From: Octopus vulgaris
Taxonomy: Eukaryota
Direction of reading: 5' to 3'
DNA length: 64,000 nucleotides
NCBI GenBank assembly: GCA_951406725.2
Contig: OX597833.1
Span: 19,530,001 to 19,594,000, forward strand
Of the stretch, positions 1 to 12,742 are shown one piece after another; positions within the stretch are counted from its first letter, which is position 1, and the number at the start of each line of letters is the position of its first letter. Made by a program: the position numbers and the translations under genes. The notes beneath the pieces were generated by a model that was not told the DNA's origin, made no database searches, and saw only the letters and a list, made by a program, of their open reading frames with translations.

Positions 1-275
1 GGCGGTACTCCAGCATGGCCACAGTCAAATGACTGAAACAAGTAAAAGAGTAAAGAGTATACATATTTTATATACAAATAATCATATTTCTTGATGGCAA
101 GCCTATCTCAGAATGTTGTCAAAATCATTTATGTGTTCACTTTTTGACAACATTGCAAAATATTTTGACTATTTACACTGCTTATGTGTTGTCGGTTGAG
201 AGAACACCACTTAATGACTGCGTTAAATGTCTTATAGTGTGTTTCAGGTTCAATAATTAAAAATAAGTAAAATTA

Positions 276-690
276 GGCGCAGGAGTGGCTGTGTGGTAAG
301 TAGCTTGCTAACTAACCACGTGGTTCCGGGTTCAGTCCCACTGCGTGGCATCTTGGGCAAGTGTCTTCTACTATAGCCCCGGGCTGACCAATGCCTTGTG
401 AGTGGATTTGGTAGACGGAAACTGAAAGAAGCCTGTCGTATATATGTATATATATATGTATGTGTGTGTGTTTGTGTGTCTCTGTTTGTCCCCCTAGCAT
501 TGCTTGACAACCGATGCTGGTGTGTTTATGTCCCCGTCACTTAGTGGTTCGGCAAAAAGAGACCGATAGAATAAGTATTGGGCTTACAAAAAGAATAAGT
601 TCCGGGGTCGAGTTGCTCGATTAAAGGCGGTGCTCCAGCATGGCCGCAGTCAATAGACTGAAACAAGTAAAAGAGTAAAGAGTAAAGAGT
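276..690 (+). mobile_element. tRNA-derived SINE family A, about 410 bp, with internal (TA)/(TG) tract and (AGTAAAAG)n tail
   Basis: Pol III-like head (gtggctgtgtggtaag...ggttcagtccc). Further copies at 1-58, 16883-17511, 24577-25226(-), 44329-44729(-), 52971-53363, plus many fragments. Confidence 0.85.
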
Positions 691-1870
691 AGTGAAATTC
701 CTAAAAATCAACCTAAACATGAGCAAAACTAGTCATTTATCACCTGCAAAGAGACAAAGCTTTGTCACATTATGAGGTGAAGGCTATAGTTTTCAAGATA
801 TAATGAAAAATGTTAAAGTTTCCTATTCTGCCATCCACTCCACCATTGTAAGGTATAATGGAACAGGAAAAAATAATGACAGACCTCGATCAGGTCATCC
901 AAAAGTTACTTCTAAATCATAGGATAAGTTCATCAGAGTCACCAGTTTTGGAAACAGACATCTGATAGCAAATGAAATCGCTGCACAAGTAAGAGAAGCC
1001 AGCAAAGCTAACACGTCTTCTACGACTCTAAGGAGAAGACTCATTGCTGCCGGTCTAAATGGCCATTGCACTGCCAGAAAAACACTGCTTTGAACCTGTG
1101 AATAAACATAAGCGTCTCATATGGGTTTGAAAACACCAAACCTGGACTATTGATCAATGGAAACAAGTCCTCTGGACTGATGAATCAAAGTTTAAAATCT
1201 TGAGGCCTTGGCATAAAGTTTATGTGAGGTGAAGAATTGGTGAATGGATGACTACTGAGTGTATAGTTCCAACTGTAAAGCATGGTGGCAGAAGTGTGAT
1301 GATCTGGGGTTGTTTTGCAGGCAATAGCGTTGAGGATATTCATTGGGTAACAGGAATATTGAACCAAAACAGGTATCACTATATCCTTCTAGTGTCATGC
1401 CATTCCTTCTGGGACATGGCTGATCAGTGATAATTTCATGCAGATGCAAAATAACGATCCTAAATATACTTCTAAGCTATGCAAAAGCTATTTACAGAAG
1501 AAAATAGGTGTAAAAAGTTGACTGTAATGTAATGGCCAGCCCCAGTCCCCTGATTGCAATCCCATCGAAATTGTGTGGAATGAATTGAATTGCAGAGCCA
1601 AAAAGCGACAACCAAGTAGCATAGAATCCCTCTGCACTTTCTTACAAGAGGAGCAGCAAAATATTACCAGCAAATATTTGCTTTCATTGGTCGAAAGAAT
1701 GCTTAGAGTATACTCCACAGTGATCAAGGCCAAGAACGGATATTTCAGTGAGTCTATGTTTAGAGTCTCTAACTGGTTTTTTGGGGGGGTTATTTATGGT
1801 GGCGAGTTGGCAGAATTGTTACTGCACTGAAGAAAAATGCTTGGCAGCATTTCTTCCGTTTTTATATTTA

Positions 1871-2183
1871 GTGGAGGCACATGGCCTAGTGGTTAGAGCA
1901 GCGAACTCACAGTCGAGGGATCGTGGGTTCGAATCTCAGACCAGGCGATGTGTGTGTGTTTATGAGCAAAACACCTAAGTTCCACGTGGCTCCAGCAGAA
2001 GGTAATGGCGAACTTCTGCTGACTCTTTCGCCACAACTTTCTCTCACTCTTTCCTCCTGCATCTTGCAGCTTACCTGCAACAGACTGATGTCCTGTCCAG
2101 GTGGAGAACCTATATGCCAAGGAAACAGGGAAACCAGCCCTTATGAGCCAGGCATGGCTCAAGAAGGAACAAATGAACAAACA
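1871..2183 (+). mobile_element. tRNA-derived SINE family D with (AAC)n-type tail
   Basis: A box tggcctagtgg, B box ggttcgaatc. Other copies at 3935-4208, 42532-42800(-), 48568-48870(-). Confidence 0.8.
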
Positions 2184-2546
2184 GCAGTTTGGGTTATTTG
2201 CTGAGTTTATTATGTCATCCAATGAACGTTGCTATACATTAATAAAATATTCCACCAGAATCTCTCACTTATTTCCATTTTGTAAATGTTTTTTTCAAAA
2301 TAAGTTGAGGTGATCAAAAACTCTTGGATAGTAGTGTGTATATCATGTACTGTTTCATGATAGGAAATTCAACAAAAGAGTTCTCCATCTGGTGAGAGAT
2401 AAATATTATTTATTTACAGGACACAATCCAAGTCTTTAAGTGCTACTAATTGTTTCATATGCTTTGAGAAACCACATATAAACTAAAAACATTGAATAAG
2501 AGAAGACACGCAAAAAAAAAACTAAGCATACAGAAAACACGGAAGG

Positions 2547-2584
<38 letters not shown>

Positions 2585-3028
2585 GCAGAGAGAGAGAGAA
2601 AAAGATAGAATTAATGGGCAGTAACTGACAATAAGAGATATAGAAGCTTTTAAGAGCACATTATGAAACTTTTGCCCAAACTAAATGGATTATATATATA
2701 ATGTGGCCCAGTGGCATAATAAGGCAGCGCACTTGCAGTTGTGGGATCGCAGTTTCAATTCCCAGACTGGGCATTGTGAGTGTTTCATAAGTGAAAACAC
2801 CTAAAGCTCCACGAGGCTCCGACAGGGGGGGGAGGGGAACGATCCTTGCTGTACTCTTTCGCCACAACTTTCTCTCACTCTTTCTTCTGTTGGCCTGCTC
2901 ACTTAGCCAGCAGTTTGACGTCATTTGAAGGCTAAAACAATGCGAAGCGCATTGTAACCAGCGATGTGTAGCAACATCTGATAGCCCAGTCGGTCATGGT
3001 GATATATATATATATATAACTTAAAATT

Positions 3029-3537
3029 ACAAATTGAGATAGGGGTTGTGAGTGCAACCCTCCATGGGATAACATATATCCAATATACTGCTACTAAAGC
3101 ACCCAACAAAGTTAATACATAAATGTTAAGAATTGCGATGCAATTAATTCATTTACTGTATTATATGGGTAAAGGTAAAATGTTTTACCACAAATTAATA
3201 ATACAAAATAAGAAAATGGAGAAATAGATCTTAATCAATAATCAACTACCAGATAATACCCATTCACATAATTTATTAAACCACTACATGTGAACATTAA
3301 GGTCAAACATAATAATATAGAACAAAACAATGTACATGAATGAGTAATATGATACAGTAAGTCACTTATACATACTGTACTTATTGTATCATATTACTCA
3401 TTCATGTACATTGTTTTGTTCTATATTATTATGTTTGACCTTGATGTTCATATGTAGTTGGTTAATAAATTATGTGATTGGGTATTATCTGGTAGTTGAT
3501 TATTGATTAAGATGTATTTCTTCATTTTTTTATTTTG

Positions 3538-3542
<5 letters not shown>
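3029..3542 (-). mobile_element. Fold-back non-coding element in (TA)n, probable Penelope-like terminal fragment
   Basis: Inverted arms 3199-3362 / 3379-3542 with a 16-nt spacer and a unique tail 3029-3198. A homologous copy lies at 27683-28289. Confidence 0.55.
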
Positions 3543-3585
<43 letters not shown>

Positions 3586-4755
3586 GCATAAAGGGTAAAC
3601 CCCTACCCAACTTCAGCCATGAAAGATCATATGATTGCACCTAGAAAGTTTCCCTCAGAGGCACAAGTCAGGGAAAGGTTGTTTATGGGAGACCAGCAGT
3701 CACCCAAGCATACCATCCTCCTCTCTCCACACCACTGATGTTATCCAAGGGAAAGGCAAAGGCCGATACAGCTTGGCATCAGTAACATTACAAATCATTT
3801 CTACAGCTGAGGGAACTGGAGCAACATGAAATAAAGTATCTTGCTCAAGAACACAACACACAGCCTAGTCCAGGGATCAAACTCACTACCTCATAATTGT
3901 GAACCAAGACAGACATATATATGTATGTATGCATGTGGTTAGAGCAGCAGACTCATGGTTGAAGGATTGTGGGTTCAAATCTCAGACCGGGTGATGTGTG
4001 TGTTTATGAGCGAAACACCTAAGCTCCACGCGGCTCCGGCAGAAGGTAATGGTGAACTTCTGCTGACTCTTTTGCCACAACTTTCTCTCACTCTTTCCTC
4101 ATGCATCTTGCAGCTCACCTGCGACGGACCGGTGTCCTGTCCAGGTGGGGAACCTATACGCCAAGGAAACCGGGAAACCAGCACTTATGAGCCAGGAAGG
4201 AACAAACATGTATGTATGTGTGTGTGTGTGTGTATGTATGTAAAGGAATAACAAAGATGTACAGATATTGTTTCATTACAGCTGTGTATGAATTGAATCC
4301 TATTTTGTATTAAATCTAATTTTGATTGAGCGTCTTTTTTTCTCCTCCATTTTTCTATAATTGTTTTATGGTATATTTATACCTGTAATGATATTTTTCA
4401 ACTATATATATATATATATAACCACAATCCATCTGGTATTATTTCTCGTAGCTTAGTTTTTCCTTGGGGCTGGCCGGATCGGAGCGATCTCAAGATTAAT
4501 CAGCCAAAATTGCAAGGATGATCCGGTTCTTGACTGAAGATTGAAGGCTTTGAATATCCCGTCCGTGTTTTTTGTATCGTCTTCTAAATGTTTTGCGTTC
4601 TTGTCCCAGTTTGTATTTTTTTACATATACATACATATATATATGTATATGTGTATATATATGTATATGTATATATGTGTGTGGGTGTGTGTGAGTGTAT
4701 GTATGTGTGTGTATTTATATATGTATGTATATATATATAATTTTGTTTATTTCAG

Positions 4756-4810
4756 ATATGTTCTGATAGTTTCTGCTGTTTCTCTTATGGTTCCTCTTGT
4801 CTTCCGTCAC
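4756..4810 (+). CDS. MFSD5: MFSD5/MOT2-type molybdate-anion transporter, internal exon (YVLIVSAVSLMVPLVFRH)
   Basis: Acceptor ttttgtttatttcag, donor gtaagt. 55 nt, phase 2 to 0, in frame with the next exon. Hydrophobic TM segment. Upstream exons were not found in the window. Confidence 0.8.
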
Positions 4811-5012
4811 GTAAGTTCTCTAATATTATTCTGGCATTTTTCACTTTACCATTTTATATTCAGTTATTTCCATATGTGTAATGCGCTGCCATTGTATTGG
4901 TAATTTAATCATCATACACCAAGCCAACCATCAGGGGTTCCATTCCTGTTTGAAATTACATTATTTACCATGTCTTCTGATTGAATTCCATTGACATTTA
5001 GAAAAACTAGTA

Positions 5013-5239
5013 ATTTCTTTTTTACTACCCACGAGGGGCTAAACACAGAGGGGACAAACAAGGACAGACAAACGGATTAAGTCAATTATATCGACCCCAG
5101 TGCATAACTGGTACTTATTTAATCAACCCTGAAAGGATGAAAGGCAAAGTCGACCTCGGCGGAATTTGAACTCAGAATGTAATGGCAGACGAAATACGGC
5201 TACGCATTTCGTGCTAACGATTCTGCCAGCTCGCCGCCT
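5013..5239 (-). mobile_element. tRNA-derived SINE family B, about 230 bp
   Basis: Head ggcggcgagctggcag...gagttcaaattcc, core gcctttcatcctttcggggtcgat, tail aaagaaataagaa. Copies at 9178-9380, 18715-18943(-), 21880-22100(-), 26231-26648(-, dimer), 30444-30678, 41138-41580(-, dimer), 53668-53890(-), 56919-57152. Confidence 0.85.
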
Positions 5240-6155
5240 AGAAAAACTAGTAATGATACATTCTCCCTTTTTGTAATATTTTTTAGGGGTTCATCAAAAG
5301 CATCCATGACCCTTTGAAAGTATCTTCAAACTTGATGGATTAGGGGATAAGGAAGGAAGAACAGAACAAAAATTAATAGGTTATTCTCAAACTAGATAAC
5401 TGTTTAAAATATTAGGTTCAAATTTTGGCACAAAGTCAGTACGTTTGAGGGAAGGGGCAGGTTGATTACATCGACCCCAGTGATCAACTGGTACTTATTT
5501 TATTGGCCCCCAAAAAGATGGACGGTAAATTTGGCCTTGGTGAAATTTGAACTCAGAGCGTAAAGATAGATGAAACACTGCTAAACATCTTGCCCAGTGT
5601 GCCAACGATTCTAGCAGCTCACTGCTTTTAACCTGTTTCAAATACCTGTTTAAAATATTGACAATTGAAAGGACTTCACTAAAGGTAACCAAGGTATGCC
5701 CTTTGGATTAGATGCTAAAAGGGCTTCTGTGCTATAGGATATATTTGCATGTAGGGTGAGGGCAAGGTGGTAGTGCTAAACATAGTGACAGATTAAATCT
5801 ACAACCCCAGAACAGTTGTTGTTCATCTGTTGGGCTTCCACACCATTTCCTTATGTCAAATCATTCACAAGGCTTTGGTTGATCTGAGGCTACGGTAAAA
5901 ATACCTGCCCAAGGTGTTATGTATTTGGATGGAAGTTACTTCATTACACTTGCATGAACACAACACACACACACACACACATTATATTAAGGTGGTGAGC
6001 TGGTTAAAGTACCGAACAAAATACTTAGCTGCATTTCTTCTGACTATTTTTAAAGAACATCTCCACCATGTGCGCATAGTGTGTGTGTGTATACATGTTT
6101 TTATTTGTCTTCTTCCTTTATCAATCTACCTGTATCTTATTCTCTTTCTTTGCAG

Positions 6156-6258
6156 CACCTGTTCATCTTATTTGCTGCATTCCTTGTGTTTGAAGTTTGT
6201 GTTGGAATCTTTTGGCCATCCATTTCAACACTGAGAGGGAAATACTTGAAAGACGACA
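6156..6258 (+). CDS. MFSD5: MFSD5-like exon (HLFILFAAFLVFEVCVGIFWPSISTLRGKYLKDD)
   Basis: Acceptor tctctttctttgcag, donor gtaagt. 103 nt, phase 0 to 1. The FxxFExCVGxFWPSxxxLRxKY motif is characteristic of the MFSD5/MOT2 (MFS_5) family. Confidence 0.9.
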
Positions 6259-6398
6259 GTAAGTTGTTGTTGCAGTTGTTGTTGTTGTAGTTTAAATTCT
6301 AATAATCTTGGATCGAGTAGAAAACAGTTCTATCATCTTTTCTTCAAGAATAACATACCATAAACACATATTTATAAATATATATATATGCATGTGTG

Positions 6399-6558
<160 letters not shown>

Positions 6559-7304
6559 TGTGTGTGTGTGTGTGTAATAAGTTTAAAATCATATTATAAA
6601 TGCACAAACAAATGGAAAACAAAAGACGGTCATCAAATCCTCATCAGTAATCAGCTAAAGAATAAACGCAATTTCACGCCTTCAAACAATAATATTGCTC
6701 CCCCTTTGGTTAGTACTGGCAGCAAGAAGCCACTGGGAAATAGCAAGCCAATGAACAAGGGATCGAATATGACATAAAGTGAATAAACAAACAAGAAATA
6801 AATAAACATGCAGTACAGAACGTGAACATGCAAACATGAAGCAAGTGCACAATATACAATATACAAAATAATATTCAAGATAAGATCATTCATGGATGGA
6901 TGAAGAACAAAGATGAAAACAAACAAGACATAATGTGGATGTACAAATAAAATGAAACAACGTAAACAATATAGGGCTGGAACACAACGTATTTATTATC
7001 TCTTATTTTGTTTACATTAAGTGTTATATAAATGTATATAAAGGTTCAATTAGAGGTTAAATAAGTCTCATTGAGGGATAATAATATCCAGTGAATTTAC
7101 TGGTTTATGGCCTACTTTTTATTTTGAATATTAGTTTTAATACTCAGAAATAGGTAATTAAATAAACCTAGGTTTATATCTATTTAAGAAAAATAAGAAA
7201 TTAATAATTATGTTAATAGAGATTATGTCTATTTTTTTAATTAATAGATATAATTATTAATTGATTTATCTCTATTTTCTTTTATTTATATATATATATA
7301 TATG

Positions 7305-7662
7305 TTCGTTACCCTTGTCACCTTACTGGCATTTGTGCTGGTAGCATGTGAAAAAACATCCGAGCGAGGTTGTTGCCAGTGCCGCTGGACTGGCTCCTGT
7401 ACAGGTGATGCATAAAAAGCACCATTTGAGCGTGGCCATTGCCAGTACCGCCTGACAGGCGCTCATGCCGGTGGCACATAAAAGCACCCACTACACTCTC
7501 AGAGTGGTTGGCGTTAGGAAGGACATCCAGCTGTAGAAATTCTGCCAGATCGGATTGGAGTCTGGTGCAGCCATCTGGTTTGCCAGTCCTCAGTCAAATT
7601 GTCCAACCCATGCTAGCATGGAAAGCGGATGTTAAACGATGATAATGATGATGATGATGATG
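7305..7662 (+). mobile_element. 5'-truncated RTE LINE 3' end with (GAT)n tail
   Basis: gagtggttggcgttaggaag...catgctagcatgg...(gat)n. The same 3' end follows RT-coding sequence at 35900-36905. More copies at 9925-10112(-), 22866-23075, 23761-24102, 27250-27428, 29460-29944, 34797-34971, 42200-42515, 45750-46200, 47640-47830(-), 51748-52595(-), 61847-62044(-), 62476-62763, 62778-63385. Confidence 0.8.
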
Positions 7663-8139
7663 AAGGTTGTAAATTTTTCCTGTATCAAAGTTCAATAAGC
7701 TGTAAATAGTTATTTTATAGTTCACAGTTAGCAACTGGGGTTGCTGTGTATGTGAATAAAAATCCAAATTTAGTGAATAGCTACCAGAACTTCAGAAGTA
7801 GTAATTACTCAATGAGGGGTACTCCTCTAGCTGCTCATCAGGCTGAGGATACCTTAGTTAAATGAAGGTTGCATTGTCATCAAGGGATCCCAAGTTAAAT
7901 TGCAGGAGATTTGATCAAAAATGAGTGGAAAGCACAGAGTGAGAGAACGAAAAAGGAAAGTAAAGAAAAGCATGTGTGTGAAAAATAAGATATGGGAATG
8001 GGCAAATGTTTAAAATTTCTAATTTCTAATTTCTAATGTTTAAATATTTCTAATTCTGGTAACCAGTGAATAAATTTCACTGAAATTATTATATATTTGC
8101 AAAGCGGTTGCAGCCATCTCAGCTAGCAGGACTTGCTAC

Positions 8140-8185
8140 CCTGGACTGATGACGGGCAAGACCCAGAAACATGCATGTCTTCAGG
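8140..8185 (+). ncRNA. Type I hammerhead ribozyme motif in an MFSD5 intron, sense strand
   Basis: cctgga-CTGATGA-cgggcaagaccca-GAAAC-atgcat-GTC|-ttcagg. Stem I 6 bp, stem II ggg/ccc, palindromic stem III, GUC cleavage triplet. Confidence 0.72.
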
Positions 8186-8835
8186 TGTTAATCCTAGCTG
8201 GTGAGGGTGCTTGCCTCCCCTTTGCAAATATAAGGACACAGTAAATGTGTCTAAGCCTACAGGAAGCGTCGATGCTTCCTAGGGCTAAATAGCGGTGGTG
8301 TGATTCCCTTTACGGGACTGTCACGTTGAGTTGACAGTATACAACCACTATGTCGTCCCACCACCGCTCATGTCTCTCTGAGACATTTAGAAATTCAATA
8401 TTTCTAACAAATATTTAAAGTTGTTAAGAAAAAAAATAAGGATAAAGGAAGGGAGAGAGGGAAGAGTAGGAGGGAAATTTTGGTAAGATTGACACTGGCC
8501 AGAGGAAGATGTTTGTGAATATAGGCTGGGATCATTTACTATGTCAACTGTAAATAAATAAATACATATTGTGTAGAGAAAAATAGCTTGTTTTAAATCT
8601 CTGAGTGAAAGATATACAGTAACAGTACTGAATAGTAAAGTTTATTTGCCAACAGAATGTGGCAGTCCTATACAGGACGATGTTACTGTTGTTTAAGCCC
8701 CAAGAAAACATCTTTTCCAGCTGGCTATCGACTGGGGCTAACTGTTTCCCGTGATCAGATAATTTTTTTGCACACTACTGGGAGTGTAAGCACACCAACA
8801 CATGTTGTCAGCTGGTGGTGTGGGATAAACGCAAA

Positions 8836-8876
<41 letters not shown>

Positions 8877-9626
8877 ACACACACACACACAAAGACACAC
8901 ACACACAAAAAGACACAAAGAAACGCACACACATAAACATGCAGTCACACATGTGCGTGCACACACACACACATATACTACGGGCTTCTTTCAGTTTCTG
9001 TCTACCAAATCCCCTCAAAAGGTTTGGATCAGCCCGTGGTCATAGAAGAAGACACTTGGCTAAGGTACTCTGCTGTGGGTCTGAACCTGGGACCATGAGG
9101 TTGGGAAGCAAACTTCTTACAGCATAGCCATGCCTCTGATTTCCACAGTAAAATGGTTAATATTATTCACCTATTTAAGGTGGCAAGCTGGCAGAATCGT
9201 TAGCACACTGGGCAAAAATGCTTAGCAGAATTTCATCCATCCTTGCATTCTGAGTTCAAATGCTGCTGAGGTCGACTTTGCCTTTCATCCTTTTGGGGTC
9301 AATAGATTAAGTACCATTTGATTACTGGGGGTCAATGTAACTTCTGACCTTGGGCTGAAGTTTGAATCAGTATTGCCAAATTAATATTGGTTTCAAATTT
9401 TTGTGCAAGGCCAGCAATTCCAGGAGGAGTTAGTCGATTACATCATCCCCCAGTACTCAACTGGTACTTATTCTATCAATCCCAAAAGGACAAAAAGCAA
9501 AGTCAGCCCTGGTGGCATTTGAACACAGAATGCAAAGACAGATGAAATTGTCACTGAGCATTTTGCTTGGCATGCTAGCAATTCTGCCAGCTTGCTACCT
9601 TGATCGCCAAATTAATATCAGAAAGA

Positions 9627-9948
9627 AGCTGCTGCTGCTTCTTCTTCTTCTTCTTCTTCTTCTTCTTCTTCTTCTTCTTCTTCTTCTTCTCTTCCTCCTC
9701 CCCTCCTCCTCCTTCTTCTTCTTCTCTACCTCCTCCTCCTCCTCCTCCTTCTTCTTCTTCCTCCTCCTCCTCCTTCTTCTCCTCCTCCTCCTCCTTCTTC
9801 TTCTCCTCCTCCTCCTCCTTCTTCTTCCCCCCTCCTCCTTCTTCTTCTCCTCCTCCTCCTCCTCCTTCTTCTTCTTCTTCTTCTTCTTCTTCTTCTTCTT
9901 CTGTGTCGGCGTTGTCATCGTCGTCATCATCATCATCATCATCATCAT
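9627..9948. repeat. Compound trinucleotide microsatellite (GCT)n(CTT)n(CCT)n...(CAT)n
   Basis: About 265 bp of pure pyrimidine strand abutting the (CAT)n tail of a minus-strand RTE end. It generates the poly-L/F/S/R pseudo-ORFs. Confidence 0.95.
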
Positions 9949-10197
9949 TTAATGTCTGCTTTCAATGCTGGTATGGGTTGGATGGTTTGACTAGAACTGG
10001 TTGGCCAGAGAGCGGCACCAGGTTCCAGTCTGATTTGGCATAGTTCCTACAGCTGGATGCCCTTCCTAACACCAACCACTCCAAGAGTGTGATGGGTGCT
10101 TTTTACGTGCCATTTACATGACCCGAACACTTACATTGTGTCAAATTAAAATTCTGTTTCCCATATCTAACCAGATTTTTCCATGTTTCATTTGCAG

Positions 10198-10265
10198 CGC
10201 GGGCAACTGTTATGAACATCTTTCGTATTCCACTGAATCTCATTGTGGTAACCATCTTACTATCT
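10198..10265 (+). CDS. MFSD5: MFSD5-like exon (T-RATVMNIFRIPLNLIVVTILLS)
   Basis: Acceptor gtttcatttgcag, donor gtgagt. 68 nt, phase 1 to 0. RxTxMNxFRIPLN is an MFSD5-family signature. Confidence 0.92.
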
Positions 10266-10500
10266 GTGAGTATCTTTTGTCTATTACTTGTTTCAATCAT
10301 TGGACTGCAGTCATAAAGGGTTTTAGCCAAAGAAATTGGGCTCAGTGCTTATGTTCTTTTTGTTTGTTTCATGTTACTCCAGTCCACTCAGCTGGCAAAA
10401 ATGAGTAACGCTGCGATGGACTGGCATCCCATCCAGCTAGGGAACGCATATGCCATGGAAACCGGGCCCATCAGCCTGGCTAGGCTTTAAAAGGGTGAAT

Positions 10501-10760
10501 TGGAGGCACGTGGCTTAGTGGTTAGGGTGTCAGCATCATGATTGTAAGATTGTGGTTTCGATTCCTGGACCAGGCGACGTGTTGTGTTCTTGAGCAAAAC
10601 ACTTCATTTCACGTTGCTCCAGTCCACTCAGCTGGCAAAAATGAGTAACACTGTGATGGATTGGCATTCCATCCAGCTGAGGAACACATACACCATGGAA
10701 ACCAGGAAACCGGGCCCATGAGCCTGGCTAGGCTTTAAAGAGGCGCATTTATTTTTATTT
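10501..10760 (+). mobile_element. CORE-like tRNA-derived SINE, preceded by a partial tandem copy at about 10340-10500
   Basis: A/B boxes then tgtgttcttgagcaaaacacttcatttcacgttgctccagtccactcagctg, resembling the CORE-SINE domain. Related heads with other tails at 2700-3000, 3590-3905(-), 11750-12028(-), 13092-13420, 21540-21750, 40950-41120, 56119-56465. Confidence 0.7.
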
Positions 10761-11064
10761 ATTTCAAGGTTTCCGTGATGTGATTTACTTATTTTTGGGA
10801 GGACACAGTAAGGGCTGAACCTGGCCTTTTTTAACATAAAATAGGTAGAATATTTTGGCTGGATATGTCCAGTTTTAATAGTAAAGGGGTAATACATCAT
10901 CAGCAAAATTATTCTGATTCTATATTTGAAGAAGAAAAGGGGTTTTAATTTACTTATTATATCAATTGTACTAAATATAAACTTGTGTGTTTAATAATTG
11001 ATAAATATCAGACTACCACAATATAATATGTAACATTCTTCTTTTTCTTCTTCTTCTTTTACAG

Positions 11065-11148
11065 AATCTATCTCATGATGTTATCTTCATCTCTTGTTCT
11101 GGTTCTCTAATACTGTCATCGATTTTCCAGCACTTCCTATTTAAGTAG
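11065..11148 (+). CDS. MFSD5: MFSD5-like exon, last TM helix (NLSHDVIFISCSGSLILSSIFQHFLF); ends at 11144 (spliced) or at stop 11146-11148
   Basis: Long pyrimidine tract then acag acceptor. Only phase 0 is open. Two candidate donors: AA|gtaggt and TAG|gtgaat. Confidence 0.82.
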   Translation, partial: NLSHDVIFISCSGSLILSSIFQHFLFK

Positions 11149-11209
11149 GTGAATCCTTTACCAACAATCTAAAAGTTTTTATAATTTATTGCTGTTATTT
11201 TATATATTA

Positions 11210-11605
11210 CTAGCAGTATCACCCGGCGTTGCTCGGGTTTGTAAGGGAAATAACTATATAAGCATTTTTAGAGAGTTATAGCCAAACAATAGCAAAAAAT
11301 GCATTAAAAATGGGAAAAAAATTATGGTAAATTTTTTTTAAATCGTTGACTCATCGTAGACATTTTTAGAGAGTTACTTCCCTTATATAATAGCGAAAAA
11401 AATGCATTAAAATGGAAAAAAATTATGGTAATTTTTTTTTAAATCGTAGACTCATCGTAGATGCGTGCTAATACCCAGAAGGGCTCGATATGAATCACGA
11501 CTATAAAATACCCGGTTTTGGTTAAACTGCACCGCAAAACGTGGGAGTAGTTAGGAATCTAAATCGTAGGAGACAGACACACAACTTGACTTTTATGTAT
11601 AAAGA
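11210..11605 (-). mobile_element. Non-autonomous Helitron
   Basis: On -: 5' TC, 3' hairpin cccgagcaacgccggg then CTAG. Inserted between A and T with no TSD. Confidence 0.8.
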
Positions 11606-12223
11606 TTTTGTTGACCACAGGTTTCAAAGAGGCCAATTACTGATTCACTGCATTGACAATGAGGAAAGTAACAAATGAGCATCTGTGCAACTCGTACAGA
11701 GCAAATATTTGAAGCATTTTTTTTTTTTTGGAAGTACTGTTTCTTATATACACAGGTCCAGGGCAAGGCTGTTTATAGAAGACCAGCAGTCACCCATGCA
11801 TACCGGCCTCCGCTCTCCATGCCTCTGATGTTATCCAACAGAAAGGCAAAGGCTGATACAGCTTGGCACCAGTGATGTTGCAACTCATTTCTACAACTGA
11901 GTCAGCTAGAGCAACATGAAATAAAGTGTCTTGCTCAAGAACACAATGCACAAGCGAATCCGGGAATTGAACTCACTACCTCATGATTGTGAGCCTCACA
12001 CTCTAACCACGGAGCCATGCGCCTTCATGAGCACATTTATAATGATCTGGATTTAATTTATACTTTGCCTTTGATTTTTGGTGTATGTGTGTGTGTGTGA
12101 GAGTGTGTGTGTGAGTGTGAGTGAATGAGATTATTCAGTTTTATTTCAAGATTTCTTGCCAAAAGCGAAAGAACCAGTTTCTAACTAGGATCCAAGACTC
12201 TTTTATTAGAATTTCAACGTCTA

Positions 12224-12742
12224 CTGTAAATCCTTGAGTATAGCCCACCCTTGAGCATGATAATACGCAGGGGATTTTTAAGGGGGGGGGGGTACCTCTG
12301 AAAAACCTAAACCTTGTGCATAATATGCACCCCTTCTCTAACTTGAGTCAAGGAGGTCTATATAACGTCCTTGGTTTGTAAAAATGTATACGGTAACGTC
12401 CTTTATTATTATTGTATATATAACATAATGCAAACGTGTAGCTTTTTTGTGCATTTTGTTTGCAGAAAATAAAGAAATAACAGTAATAACATTTAATAAA
12501 TGTTGCTTACTGCAAGTTATGGATGATCCTTTTATGACTTCATTGCTTTCAGGCTTAGCTTAAGGTATTTTCGCGCCTCACATCACAAAATGCATCTGAA
12601 TGAACATTGCCGGACAGCAAATAGAGACTCGGACATTGCTTAGAAAATATTTTTCATTTTTAACCTCGTATATAGTATGCACTAGGGATTTTGACCTTTA
12701 AATTTTGGGAAAAAAGTGCGTATTATACTCAAGGATTTACAG
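12224..12742. mobile_element. MITE, pogo/Tc2-like, with perfect 19-bp TIRs
   Basis: ctgtaaatccttgagtata (12224-12242) / tatactcaaggatttacag (12724-12742); TA on the left flank. Confidence 0.8.

Larger units (their letters stand above)
61..2338 (+). mobile_element. Decayed Tc1-family DNA transposon, interrupted by SINEs
   Basis: Broken transposase from ATG 719 (MSKTSHLSPAKRQ...RPRSGHP...WTDESK...HGGRSVMIWGCF...QNNDPK...WPAQSPDCNPIEIVWNEL). TIR-like end ggtgatcaaaaactcttggatagtagtg near 2309-2336. Left boundary uncertain. Confidence 0.8.

Noticed and set aside
1871-1945. tRNA-like sequences with A and B boxes
   Set aside because: They are SINE heads that continue into SINE bodies, with no complete cloverleaf or acceptor stem.
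4525-4565. ctgaaga...gaa hammerhead-like core (also ctgatga on - near 6645, 7838 and 40525)
   Set aside because: No GAAA at the right spacing and no consistent stems I-III.
9512-10043. Poly-Leu/Phe/Ser/Arg ORFs
   Set aside because: Stop-free frames of a trinucleotide repeat.
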